Source of the DNA: an uncultured virus (IMG/VR IMGVR_UViG_3300025096_002805)
Taxonomy: Duplodnaviria; Heunggongvirae; Uroviricota; Caudoviricetes
Reading direction: 5' to 3' (one strand)
Virus record (IMG/VR): IMGVR_UViG_3300025096_002805
Length of the DNA stretch: 64,000 nt
The position numbers were made by a program, and so were the translations under genes. Below, piece by piece: positions 38,433-47,997 of this stretch. The notes under the pieces were generated by a model. That model had not been told where the DNA came from, searched no databases, and saw nothing but the letters and a program-made list of their open reading frames with translations. How positions within the stretch are numbered: the stretch's first letter is position 1; every line of letters begins with the position of its first letter.

Positions 38433-39850
38433 TTATATATTTCTTTTACTTTTTCGAAAACAGCATCTACTTCCGGGTGGCAGTAAGGTTTATCAAAGGC
38501 CTTAAGGCATTCGGCATCCGCACTGGCGTAGCTATCAAAGCCAATTGCTGCGGCAGCAGGGTGCCTCTTATTTTTAAAGAATTTATTAGGGTCCATGCTA
38601 TAACTTATATCGGAACCACAGAACCTAGTGCAACCTCCAGAAAGATAAAAAGCTTTATATTTTTGAGACCCATGTCTATGCGGCATAATAACATCTGGAG
38701 CTATATGACAGCCCACAGTAACGATCCAAGTATCTGTCGCACCAGCTATGTGTAAAGGCACTGTATCTGTTGTTATTAAGAGTTTGGATTCGTTTATTAT
38801 GTGGTAGTTGTCTTCAAAGGATAAATTTGTAAGATCTAAGACTTTGGAAAAGTCTAGTTCCTCTGTGTGGTTTGCATTAAAGAACTCTAAATCGTTTCTT
38901 TTTTTATTGTCTCCTGTAAAGCCTATTACCGCAACCTTTATTCCTTGCTGACCTAGCAATCTAAACAATTTGTTCCACTTATCAAAGCTCCAAAACCTCA
39001 AGGGGGAGGATTCATAAACCGCGCATACTACATAATCTTCTAGGTGTGGATATCGATATTTTCTTTCTGGTTGATATGGGTAATACTTAATTGTCCTTTC
39101 GTTCTCTCTCAAGGAAAAGCCAGCAGCGAAGGCATAACGCATTACATGATTACCCGCTGCCCACCTATAGATGAGACCACTTGAAGCGGGAGAGAGTTTA
39201 AGCCTATCGAAAAGCTCTAATTTCTCAAAAGGCGATGAGTAATTTTCTTCTTCAGGTAAGAATATTTTATCTACGTTCGGGTGGTTTAAAAAAATTTCAG
39301 GCCTCTTTGTGGTAACGCAGACTTTCTTGCTTAAAGCCTCTGAAATCTTTCTTATTGTTGGTTCTGCGCAAAGAACATCTCCTTGCCCGTGTCCGTAGTT
39401 CAAGGCTATAATAAAGGGCTTGGTTGCGGGCTTGTTTTTTTTAAAATAATCTGATGGGCTGCTAAAAACTAATTCAGCGCTTCCTCTCTTTAGGCTGTCT
39501 GGGATCTCTCCTGTTTCTTTTATTTTATCGAGCTCGTCTGAATCATAAAAATTAGAAAGATGATGGAGGTTTATATATTTTTGATCTACTATTAAAGAGT
39601 CGATCTCGTCTCCTTGCGTAGCTTCTATTCTTAAAAATCTCTCATATAGAAATTCTTTCTGAAAGAACCAAGCCCTGCCTACATTTTCTTTAGGTGTGTT
39701 TTGTTTATCGTAAGTATATCGACAAAGCAGTCTTCTTTTTTTATCTTGATTAAAAATAGAAACCGTGAGAGCCTCCCGGTTAACCTCCCTAGGCTTATCA
39801 AAACTTATAGTTATTTGAGTACTTTTAGCTTCAAGAAGGCTTATCTTCAT
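38429..39850 (-). CDS. GT9-family glycosyltransferase, tandem paralog
   Basis: GQGDV..AEPTIR, TTDTVPLHIAG; shares blocks with its neighbour. Confidence 0.8.
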   Translation of the reverse strand: MKISLLEAKSTQITISFDKPREVNREALTVSIFNQDKKRRLLCRYTYDKQNTPKENVGRAWFFQKEFLYERFLRIEATQGDEIDSLIVDQKYINLHHLSNFYDSDELDKIKETGEIPDSLKRGSAELVFSSPSDYFKKNKPATKPFIIALNYGHGQGDVLCAEPTIRKISEALSKKVCVTTKRPEIFLNHPNVDKIFLPEEENYSSPFEKLELFDRLKLSPASSGLIYRWAAGNHVMRYAFAAGFSLRENERTIKYYPYQPERKYRYPHLEDYVVCAVYESSPLRFWSFDKWNKLFRLLGQQGIKVAVIGFTGDNKKRNDLEFFNANHTEELDFSKVLDLTNLSFEDNYHIINESKLLITTDTVPLHIAGATDTWIVTVGCHIAPDVIMPHRHGSQKYKAFYLSGGCTRFCGSDISYSMDPNKFFKNKRHPAAAAIGFDSYASADAECLKAFDKPYCHPEVDAVFEKVKEIYK

Positions 39851-40064
39851 TTGTTTTAAAAATTTCGTCGTAGTTTTCTCTAAAAGAGATTCTGTCTGAA
39901 GTCCTATCTGCGTCACCCTTACCTGCGGCACCAACCATGCCGCCTGCCTTTACGTGCTTATATGTTTCGTTATCATAAGTTTCGCTATGGTTCCTTTTGG
40001 TCGAAACTTTTTTTCCATCTTTTACATAATGGTCTCTTGGTTTTTTTTTAGTTTTTTTACTCAT
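39831..40064 (-). CDS. Small hypothetical protein
   Basis: AGKGD..R....F.ENYD.IF phage motif. Confidence 0.65.
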   Translation of the reverse strand: MSKKTKKKPRDHYVKDGKKVSTKRNHSETYDNETYKHVKAGGMVGAAGKGDADRTSDRISFRENYDEIFKTNEDKPS

Positions 40065-40918
40065 ATTAATTCTTTGATTTCGTCTATGGTAAATTGTTCT
40101 GTTTCGTCTGAAGATGGACCGCTCTCTAAAATTCTTTCATGGAAATTTTCCCCTTTGCCTAAACCTGTTTGAATTACTACTAGGGCCTCGCCTTCTGGGA
40201 GATATTTAGAAGCCATCGCTTCAAGTAAATTGGATATGCTCATTGACTTCATCTCGGGAAGATGCGGGGCACAGTTCTCAGCGTTACGCATGCAATCAAA
40301 AATTAAGTCAACTGCTTGATCTATCGTCCAGAAGAATCTTGTAGCCTCTGGTTCTGAAACCGTAACCGGTTTCCCTTGTTCGAGCAGTTCTTTCCATTTA
40401 CAAAGAACAGATCCAGTTGAGTATAAAACGTTTCCATACCTAACCGTTCTGAATTGTATTTCTGGATAGTCCTTCTCAAATTGAGCGAAGGCCCTCTCCA
40501 TAATGAGTTTAGAGGCTCCATAGACTCCTCTAACTTGGGCGGCTTTATCTGTGCTTATTCCTACTACAAATTCTACACCAATGTCTACCGCATGCTCTAG
40601 TACATTTAGAGAACCTAAAACATTAGAAAGAGCACATTCCCTTGCTTGAGATTCCGCTAAACCAACGTGCTTAAACGCGGCCAAATGGAATATACCTTGA
40701 ATATCTTTGAACCTTTTAAGGGCAAACTTGTCTGATATATCTCCTGTATAGTATTCTATATCCGGGAACTTTTGTTTAGTTTTTATTAATTCCCCTTCGT
40801 TTCTGGCTACTATAGTTACTCTGCCGTGCATACTGAGGATTCTGCTTATCAGCTCTTGGCCCAAGAAGCCACTCCCTCCTGTAACTAAATAATTCTTACC
40901 TTCTTCTATTTTAATCAT
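40061..40918 (-). CDS. Nucleotide-sugar 4,6-dehydratase (PseB/CapD-like)
   Basis: GGSGFLG, AAFKHV, STDKA, YGASK, RYGNV, TRF. Confidence 0.9.
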   Translation of the reverse strand: MIKIEEGKNYLVTGGSGFLGQELISRILSMHGRVTIVARNEGELIKTKQKFPDIEYYTGDISDKFALKRFKDIQGIFHLAAFKHVGLAESQARECALSNVLGSLNVLEHAVDIGVEFVVGISTDKAAQVRGVYGASKLIMERAFAQFEKDYPEIQFRTVRYGNVLYSTGSVLCKWKELLEQGKPVTVSEPEATRFFWTIDQAVDLIFDCMRNAENCAPHLPEMKSMSISNLLEAMASKYLPEGEALVVIQTGLGKGENFHERILESGPSSDETEQFTIDEIKELI

Positions 40919-40926
40919 TTTTAAAT

Positions 40927-41003
40927 TGGAGCCACCTCTTGGATTCGAACCAAGGCGCTTCCGATTACAAATCGGATGCTCTGCCGGACTGAGCTAAGGT
41001 GGC
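40927..41003 (-). tRNA. tRNA-Thr(UGU)
   Basis: Cloverleaf with loop TTTGTAA and CCA. Confidence 0.93.
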
Positions 41004-42668
41004 GCTAATAAGGCCCATAAGTAAGTGGGCTTCTACTTTCTTAGTCAATATATCCCAACTTCTTTCCCTAGGAACCCAAACTAAATTAATTTTATCTCCT
41101 ATTTGGTTTCTCATTTTCCAAGTTCTGGTAAAGCTTCTTACTGATTTATCAATAATTTCATGATATTCTTCAAAATTTTGTTCATTTAATAGGGCCTCAT
41201 CGTCTATGAAATAGTAGAAATCCCTATTGTTTCTTATACATTCCTCAGCGTCATCCCTCCTAAACACTAAGAATATATCAGGATCCCAAGGCCAGCTATT
41301 AAAGACTCTAGAAAACACGCTTTTGTGCCCGCGAAGACAAAATTGTTCAGATAATTTTTTAATAAAGTCAACAGTGGTATAGTCGTTAGAGCCGCCCCAA
41401 TACGAAACAATACGAAAGGAGGTCTTCGTGTCTTCCAGTTTTTCTATTGACTCGTAATCTATCATGTTTTTACCAACTGTATGCTTGTACCAGTCTGAGC
41501 CTGTCCATTCGCTAGTCCTAATCTCTTTGAGGCACTTCTCCTGCTGGCTAACATACTGATCTAGTAATATTTGTTTTCTGTTCGTTGGTAGTTTTGTCTT
41601 TGAGTTCTTATATATATGAATTTTATCATTAGGAAAGACGTCTTTAACTATATCAAAAGTTTCTATATGTTGCATGTGTCCATACTCTCCGTGTTGGTTA
41701 TGCGTGACTACCATTTCCCAATTTGTTTCTTTATTTATTTTATTTAAAAAATCTCTAAAGAAAGGCTTTCTTGGAAAAGTGTTCAAACTTGGAGTAATCA
41801 CTCCTAAACACTCAAAATAACTAACTCCCGCTTTTTTTAAACAGTCTTTTAGCTCTTTAAATCTAGTTTGGTTCTTGTTGTGCCCATACCAAACATTATA
41901 ATCCATTGAAGATGTAAGGCAAACTACTTTGGTGTCCCTACCGTTTTCCATCAACCAGTCTCCAAAAAAAATAGCTTCATCGTCTGGGTGAGCTATGATT
42001 AATAGTTTTGTTGGCTTCGGAGGTAAGCAGACCCCTTTCCAGCAAAAGGTTTTTTCTGATACTATTTCTAAATGGTCAAGGGTATTATCTCTTCCTTCTT
42101 TTATATCTTCTGGTACAAGGCTCCATTTGTAGCCAAAATCTCCCGGTTCGTTTGTTTTATCTCTGTTTGCGATAACCTCTCCGAAAGTATTAAAACCCTC
42201 TGGCCCCATCAGGTCTATATAGTCGCCCCACTTATTGTTAATTGAATATTCAATTAGCTTGATCCACATCCATTTACCAATACCTATCTTCTTGAATTGT
42301 TTTGTGTCGTATAAGGGAGAGTTGCAATAAACATAGTTCCCCCATTTCAAAACAAAATGATAAGCGATTCCACAGCTAAAGCAATGTAGTATACCTCTGT
42401 CGTGCAGGCTCTGAAGCTCTTCTTCTCCGTACCAATCTCCCCAACTCCAGCCGTTACAGTCCGCCCAGAGATCCATAAACTCCCTGCATTCTTTTGGGTC
42501 AAATCTTACGGGTTCATATTTTATTTCGGGGTGAGATTTCGAAACTTTTGCTAAGGCTCGCTTGGTTGCATAAGAACAAGGTTTAGAAAGGGATGATAGG
42601 TATTTTTCAAAATTAGAAAACCTACTGGTCTGGATTATAAGTGGAGAGCTTTTATCCAGTACTCGCAT
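40965..42668 (-). CDS. Multidomain protein with PIG-L/LmbE deacetylase domain
   Basis: AHPDDE, THN..GEYGH.QH. Confidence 0.8.
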   Translation of the reverse strand: MRVLDKSSPLIIQTSRFSNFEKYLSSLSKPCSYATKRALAKVSKSHPEIKYEPVRFDPKECREFMDLWADCNGWSWGDWYGEEELQSLHDRGILHCFSCGIAYHFVLKWGNYVYCNSPLYDTKQFKKIGIGKWMWIKLIEYSINNKWGDYIDLMGPEGFNTFGEVIANRDKTNEPGDFGYKWSLVPEDIKEGRDNTLDHLEIVSEKTFCWKGVCLPPKPTKLLIIAHPDDEAIFFGDWLMENGRDTKVVCLTSSMDYNVWYGHNKNQTRFKELKDCLKKAGVSYFECLGVITPSLNTFPRKPFFRDFLNKINKETNWEMVVTHNQHGEYGHMQHIETFDIVKDVFPNDKIHIYKNSKTKLPTNRKQILLDQYVSQQEKCLKEIRTSEWTGSDWYKHTVGKNMIDYESIEKLEDTKTSFRIVSYWGGSNDYTTVDFIKKLSEQFCLRGHKSVFSRVFNSWPWDPDIFLVFRRDDAEECIRNNRDFYYFIDDEALLNEQNFEEYHEIIDKSVRSFTRTWKMRNQIGDKINLVWVPRERSWDILTKKVEAHLLMGLISATLAQSGRASDL

Positions 42669-43339
42669 TATACAAAATAGTCTTGAGGAAATTCTAAAGA
42701 AACATTTTCCTCGTCAAGACTCTCTATCCAGCCAGTAACGATATATTTTTCTTCTCCCTCTCCGGGAGGATTGCCTCTATGATGATGCGTCCAAAACGCT
42801 GGGAATAGAGCAGATACACCAGCCTTTGGTTTGACTTTGACATCTTGAAACATAAATTCTGTTTCCCCTCCTTTCTTAACGTCATTTAGATACCAAATGA
42901 AAGCCATTTGTCTATCTTTCATGGTGGGGTCTTCGTTAGTTTGCTCATGATGCCAAGCATAATACCCCCCACCGTCTGAATATTTTTGTATTTGCATATG
43001 AGGATTTCCACACCGAACTGCTCCAAATCTGCCTTGAGCTGTTCTGACGAGGCAAAGTTTGCTAGAATACTCGGATTTCATGGTTCTCCAAGGATATTTT
43101 GAGAGATACTCGACTAAAGAGTGCAATAACTCTTCTCTGAGGTAGTCGTATATGTAAGCCCAGTCTTTGTCGTCTAGCTGTTCGTGGATCATCAAGTCCG
43201 TTGACCTTTTGATTGAATGGTTCAACCCGCTGCCAGAAATACCCTCACCTTTGTCTTGGGATTCCTCGAACTTATTTATGATTTTATCGCATACCTTAGT
43301 TGGCAGCGATTTTTCCCTTGTGTAAATTAGGTTACTCAT
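42668..43339 (-). CDS. 2OG-Fe(II) oxygenase
   Basis: WHHE, YLNDV..GGET, THHHRG, KYIVTGW. Confidence 0.88.
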   Translation of the reverse strand: MSNLIYTREKSLPTKVCDKIINKFEESQDKGEGISGSGLNHSIKRSTDLMIHEQLDDKDWAYIYDYLREELLHSLVEYLSKYPWRTMKSEYSSKLCLVRTAQGRFGAVRCGNPHMQIQKYSDGGGYYAWHHEQTNEDPTMKDRQMAFIWYLNDVKKGGETEFMFQDVKVKPKAGVSALFPAFWTHHHRGNPPGEGEEKYIVTGWIESLDEENVSLEFPQDYFV

Positions 43340-43340
43340 A

Positions 43341-43832
43341 TTAAAACTCCTTCTCTAATCCATAATACATATCTGGAATGTCGTCGTTTAACCTTAGGGG
43401 ATTAAAGTTTAAGTTGGAAAAGTCAAAAGAAGAGCTCCCTTCGAAATATACTTTTAGGTTACAATTAAACTCGTTCACTTTCTCTGTGCAATACTTTTTT
43501 ACCAATTCAAAGTCCACGGCTTTGTCCTCTTTTCCCTTCGCTACTAGGATAACATCTTTGTTGGCTAGATGGTTGTCGAAAATGCGAATTAACTTATCGT
43601 CTTTCCAGAACTCTACCTTCCATTGCTCTATTTCTTCAAAGAAATGGCTTCCCCATGTACCAGTTGTGACCGTCATATCCCCTATGAACTCATACTCTTC
43701 AAAGGAATTTCTTCTTCTAAACCATTTTATATAATAGTCAGAAGATTCTTCACTGTCACTCTTGATGGAGACTTTCGCTTCTCCGGCAAAAGAAACAACT
43801 GCGTAGTCTTCTTCTGTGAGGCTTACTCTCAT
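43341..43832 (-). CDS. Hypothetical protein
   Basis: ORF in an operon. Confidence 0.6.
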   Translation of the reverse strand: MRVSLTEEDYAVVSFAGEAKVSIKSDSEESSDYYIKWFRRRNSFEEYEFIGDMTVTTGTWGSHFFEEIEQWKVEFWKDDKLIRIFDNHLANKDVILVAKGKEDKAVDFELVKKYCTEKVNEFNCNLKVYFEGSSSFDFSNLNFNPLRLNDDIPDMYYGLEKEF

Positions 43833-43902
43833 TACCAAAACCAGACCATGTAATCTTCCTCGCACTCCTCGGGAAGAATATCATAATTTTTTCTTTTCAT
43901 GC

Positions 43903-44205
43903 TTAGTTATTGAGGTTTTTGTCCTCTTTTTCTAATTGCGTTATAGTCTTTTTAAATACTTTAGACAATTTCCATTCGCCAAAAAGCATAAAGCTTGTTT
44001 CAGTCGCTTGCTCCATTAAATATATCTTGTACTCATCTCGTTCCTTTTTTGTTAAATACGGAGGCCGTGAAGTGCTTGAGTGTTTAGATGCTGCCTTTGT
44101 TTGCGGATAGGATATAAATTTAAGGGCGTAATTATAGCTAGACCACCCTACTAGATATGCTAAGGATAAGCTGGTTACGGCTAAAAGTATCTTATGTTTA
44201 ATCAT
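43903..44205 (-). CDS. Membrane-anchored hypothetical protein
   Basis: N-terminal hydrophobic segment. Confidence 0.6.
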   Translation of the reverse strand: MIKHKILLAVTSLSLAYLVGWSSYNYALKFISYPQTKAASKHSSTSRPPYLTKKERDEYKIYLMEQATETSFMLFGEWKLSKVFKKTITQLEKEDKNLNN

Positions 44206-44660
44206 TAATATTTGTAATTATAACTCCACTCAGTCCCTTCAAGGTCTTTTTGATAGTCTACAGTCAATTCTTCTCCTTTTTCTATTTTTCTAATAGTTTC
44301 AAAAGAGTTCTCCCTTTCCATATCTAAGTTTAAGTTAGGTTCAGTTGAGGCATTAAGAAATTGTGTTATATGAAACATTTCCAGATCAGCAGGGTGAACA
44401 AAAAGACCTCTGTTGGATAACAAGTTATAGTCTAAGAGCATCTGCTGGACTGGTTCGTCAAGTTTACTTATTTCGTGACTGGTAAGTCTGATGGTACCAC
44501 CAAAGAAATGATGATTCGGGGTAAACCAAGGACAAACCCCTGAGGGAATGTCCTTGATTGCAAATACCCCTACTCCGTGAGTTTTAGAAGGTTGGATCTT
44601 GCAATAAGCTTGATGCCTTAACCTTCCTAACACTTTACTTCTAAACACATGAGGACTCAT
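44205..44660 (-). CDS. SET-domain protein
   Basis: HGVGVFAIKDI, FLNAS.EPN, GEELTVDY. Confidence 0.85.
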   Translation of the reverse strand: MSPHVFRSKVLGRLRHQAYCKIQPSKTHGVGVFAIKDIPSGVCPWFTPNHHFFGGTIRLTSHEISKLDEPVQQMLLDYNLLSNRGLFVHPADLEMFHITQFLNASTEPNLNLDMERENSFETIRKIEKGEELTVDYQKDLEGTEWSYNYKY

Positions 44661-44674
44661 TCTGAGAATATATA

Positions 44675-44751
44675 TGGTACCCCGAGCTGGACTCGAACCG
44701 GCAACCCTCTGCTTAGAAGGCAGATGCTCTATCCAATTGAGCTATCGGGGC
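44675..44751 (-). tRNA. tRNA-Arg(UCU)
   Basis: Cloverleaf with loop CTTCTAA and CCA. Confidence 0.95.
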
Positions 44752-45205
44752 AACGCTTATGTAACTAGCCTTGGCCTATCTTCTTCTCCTTCTTCTTTTG
44801 GTGGCCAAACGCCGTCAAATTCAATAGAGTTAAGCTCTACAAGTTTTTCTCTAGTCTTTTTAAAGAAGGTAAGCTTGCCCGGGCTACCTTGGTAACAGTC
44901 GATATTTTTAACCTCGTCAAACGCTTTCTTGCGGTCTGAGGTGATTAACTTAACGTGCGTTGCGCCTCTGGGGATTGGGCTAAGCTGTCTTTTTAAGGGC
45001 ATATGCTAAATTTTTAAATACGTCTTCGTATTCTTCTTTTACTTTAACTGTCTCTCTCCTGAGTTGTATAATTGTGCTAGTTGAGTCGATATGCGGATAG
45101 AAGGCTTGAACTTTCTGCGCATTAATCGCTACTACTCTCTCATGGTGGCTACCTTTGAAAGCGTTAGAGCTTGTTCCTAGTATTTCTGTGAATTCTACAA
45201 ACATC

Positions 45206-45601
45206 TTATGTAATGCTGAATGATTTTTGTTCTACTGGTTCTCTATACACTCTATAACTGTCGCTGTCTTCGTGGTAGGTGCTTGTTTCTATGAATTTGA
45301 CGTCGCTGACTACGGCTTTAAGCATGTGAGGCATAAATCTATCTAACGTGAAAACTTCTCCTTGCGAAAGGGAAACTTCGTACTTTTTAGTTGTCTCAGT
45401 ATCGATAATATCTATGTCTAACTGACCTTCAAGTATGTAAAAGCTCTCATGTTTCTTGGCGTGGAAGTGCATTGAGGTGCCATGTCCTTTTTTAATAAAG
45501 AGAATCTTACCGCAATAATTCTCGTACATGTTATTTACAAGCCAGATTTCATGGCCCCAGTCTTTGTTTACTATCTTTGGTTTGCTTAAGGCATCCATCA
45601 C
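45206..45601 (-). CDS. Cupin-domain protein
   Basis: K.WG.E, SMHFH..K.ESFY, E.ST...DSYR. Confidence 0.8.
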   Translation of the reverse strand: MMDALSKPKIVNKDWGHEIWLVNNMYENYCGKILFIKKGHGTSMHFHAKKHESFYILEGQLDIDIIDTETTKKYEVSLSQGEVFTLDRFMPHMLKAVVSDVKFIETSTYHEDSDSYRVYREPVEQKSFSIT

Positions 45602-45687
45602 AATATACCTTCATTTTACCTTTAACTTGTATCCATGTCAAGTTTATTTCTTCAAAGGTCTTTTTACATTTAGCGCAATCTGTCATC

Positions 45688-45900
45688 TTATAGATCAGCT
45701 TCCCCGATATCAATAAAATAGAGAAGTCTGTATATTTTTTCTCTACCTACTGTGTCTCCGACTAAATCTAATGGTATCTCCATATTCAGATCTCGGTTGG
45801 GGGTAAGTAGCCATTCGGCTACCTCGTTGTCTGGCATTATTTCGCAGCATTCGTTTACAACGTTAACGAACTCGATTAAATTATTTTTTTCTATATTCAC
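45688..45900 (-). CDS. MbcA/Xre antitoxin C-terminal-like protein
   Basis: WLLTPNRDL....PLDL....GRE. Confidence 0.55.
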   Translation of the reverse strand: MNIEKNNLIEFVNVVNECCEIMPDNEVAEWLLTPNRDLNMEIPLDLVGDTVGREKIYRLLYFIDIGEADL

Positions 45901-46598
45901 CTAGCGTCGCGCCTCTTTCTCCATTCATCGTATTGTCTGCGGCGTTCGTTTTGGTCTATGTCTGATTTGATTTTGTATTGTCCCGACTGTAAAGACTCAA
46001 GTCTTTTCATAATATACTCTTTTTTTTCTTGGTCGTCTATTCTGCTGATATATTCAAGTCCTTTTTCGACAATGCGCGGATCAATTTGTGGTTTACGGGA
46101 GGGGACTTGCACTATATGGGCTTTTGCTGGAGCGGGAGCTGACTTTTTCTCTTCTTTCTTGCTACTCTCTTTACCTCTTGAAGATCTGGAGGAGCTTCTC
46201 TCCATTAATACTTTTTTTACTGGAGCTTTCGTTACCATCGTGGGTAGGCCATTATTTTCAAAAGACATCAATTCTTCACTTCCGTTGTTCGATACTAAAG
46301 CAGAATTTTTATTTATCTTTTTTAATTCTACGTTGTATTGTTTTTCGTTTATTGCAAGAGATACAAATTTATCGGGTTCTCCAGATTTTCTTAGTACTAA
46401 ATGAACTTTTCTAATGCCTCTGAAATGCGTCAATCCTGTTAAATATAAGGCGGGCTTCAAAATCTCAGATGCAGGAGGCAAGATAGGCCTTGTTAACTCA
46501 GCCGTTAATTCAAAAGCATTTCTTTCAGTTATCCCGTCGTACAGATTACTTTCTGCAAAAGCAGAAACCGCAAACAATAGTGGTAATAGTCTTTTCAT
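45897..46598 (-). CDS. Secreted hypothetical protein
   Basis: Signal peptide; NLY..I..RNAF.L...LTG pattern recalled from Verrucomicrobia proteins. Confidence 0.65.
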   Translation of the reverse strand: MKRLLPLLFAVSAFAESNLYDGITERNAFELTAELTRPILPPASEILKPALYLTGLTHFRGIRKVHLVLRKSGEPDKFVSLAINEKQYNVELKKINKNSALVSNNGSEELMSFENNGLPTMVTKAPVKKVLMERSSSRSSRGKESSKKEEKKSAPAPAKAHIVQVPSRKPQIDPRIVEKGLEYISRIDDQEKKEYIMKRLESLQSGQYKIKSDIDQNERRRQYDEWRKRRDAR

Positions 46599-46619
46599 TG
46601 TTCTAAATCTTAGTTATAA

Positions 46620-47009
46620 TTACACCCATGGATGTAAAAGAGGTTTATCGGTTACGTCCAAGAAGCCGCTTCCGCCTTCAAGGTCGTTGTCTCCCCTGCG
46701 GGCAATTAGGTGGCAATGAGCGTGAAAAACTGTTTGCCCCGCTTCCTTGCCGCAGTTCCAGCCAACGTTAAAGCCTTTTACTTTAGGGTCTTGGTCTAAT
46801 ATACGTTTTCGTTGAAAAGTTATAAGTTCATGGATACTTTCTCTTTCTTCGTCTGTTAAATCAAAGTAAGTCAGTACATGACGGCGAGGGACAAAAAGAG
46901 TATGGTATTCTGTTACCGGATAGGCGTCCAGAAAAGACGCGGCATACTCGTTTTTATCCATTACAAACTGCGAATCAAGGTCGCAAAAGGGGCATTCTTT
47001 AACGTTCAT
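46620..47009 (-). CDS. HIT-family hydrolase
   Basis: CPFC, AGQTVFHAHCH. Confidence 0.92.
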   Translation of the reverse strand: MNVKECPFCDLDSQFVMDKNEYAASFLDAYPVTEYHTLFVPRRHVLTYFDLTDEERESIHELITFQRKRILDQDPKVKGFNVGWNCGKEAGQTVFHAHCHLIARRGDNDLEGGSGFLDVTDKPLLHPWV

Positions 47010-47016
47010 TCTTAAA

Positions 47017-47997
47017 TTACCATTGATCATTCCAATACCACCCCCATGAATCTCTTCTGCCGTAACGGACATAAGCATCATATGAGCCTTCATGTCCCGC
47101 ATTCGTTTTGCGCATTTGTCTTGATAGCCCATGAACCCAAGGAAACCATGTATATTTCTGAGCCTTGAAGTTTTCTATTTTGGTGGTGGATCTATCTTTT
47201 AACCATTTTACGTCTACGCTGCCATATGCCCTTCTTATTCCGTACTTGAAATTAGAACCATCAATGTAATATTTACCTTGCGCAGTTTTTGTCCGCTCGT
47301 CCAGCCATCTTTTGGTTTCGACATGACCATCTGCGAAAGCTAATGCTGTTCCGTCAATGTGGTACTTACCCGGAACGTCCATGTCGTATACTTTATGGGT
47401 AGGAGGGCCTTCGTTCATAACTACCCGAAAGCAACCAGCGTTTATAAATTCAAATGGCATTTCTATAAAAGTAAAAATATTAGAAGGTTTTTCTATGTCG
47501 GCTTGTTTATGATATATTTTCCATTCTTTATCATTTTCCACTGGCCAGCCAGACCACCCTCCCACGTGGATATTCATGCTATAGCTCCTATGACGCGGGA
47601 AGATCTGTCTTAACTCACCGGCCTTGTTTGTTATTCTGATCATATCCTTGTCCGCTGGGCATTTAAATACCCCAACAGAATGGCCCACGTAAGGATAAAG
47701 GGGAGATTTTTTTAGAAATTGCGCTTTATTTAGATATTGAGAAAGATTCAAACTACCGGGTGCCCATGTATACTTCGAACATCTTTCATATTTCCAAGAA
47801 CTTGAATATAATATTTTGTCACCGTGGTCATCGCTGAAAATCATGTGACCCATTTGTAGCTGTTTTTGATTATTGATGCATGCTACTCTTTGTGCGACTG
47901 ATTTAGACTTAGCAATTGCTGGCAACAAAAGCGCCGCTAGAAGAGCGATGATAGCGATTACCATTAGTAATTCAACTAAAGTAAATCCTTTTCTCAT
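47017..47997 (-). CDS. Prepilin-type N-terminal cleavage/methylation protein with H-X9-DG motif
   Basis: [28 protein letters not shown].....FADGHVE. Confidence 0.9.
   Translation of the reverse strand: MRKGFTLVELLMVIAIIALLAALLLPAIAKSKSVAQRVACINNQKQLQMGHMIFSDDHGDKILYSSSWKYERCSKYTWAPGSLNLSQYLNKAQFLKKSPLYPYVGHSVGVFKCPADKDMIRITNKAGELRQIFPRHRSYSMNIHVGGWSGWPVENDKEWKIYHKQADIEKPSNIFTFIEMPFEFINAGCFRVVMNEGPPTHKVYDMDVPGKYHIDGTALAFADGHVETKRWLDERTKTAQGKYYIDGSNFKYGIRRAYGSVDVKWLKDRSTTKIENFKAQKYTWFPWVHGLSRQMRKTNAGHEGSYDAYVRYGRRDSWGWYWNDQW

Noticed and set aside
44674..44895. Plus-strand ORF MVPRAGLEPATLCLEGRCSIQLSY
   Set aside because: It is the antisense translation of tRNA-Arg
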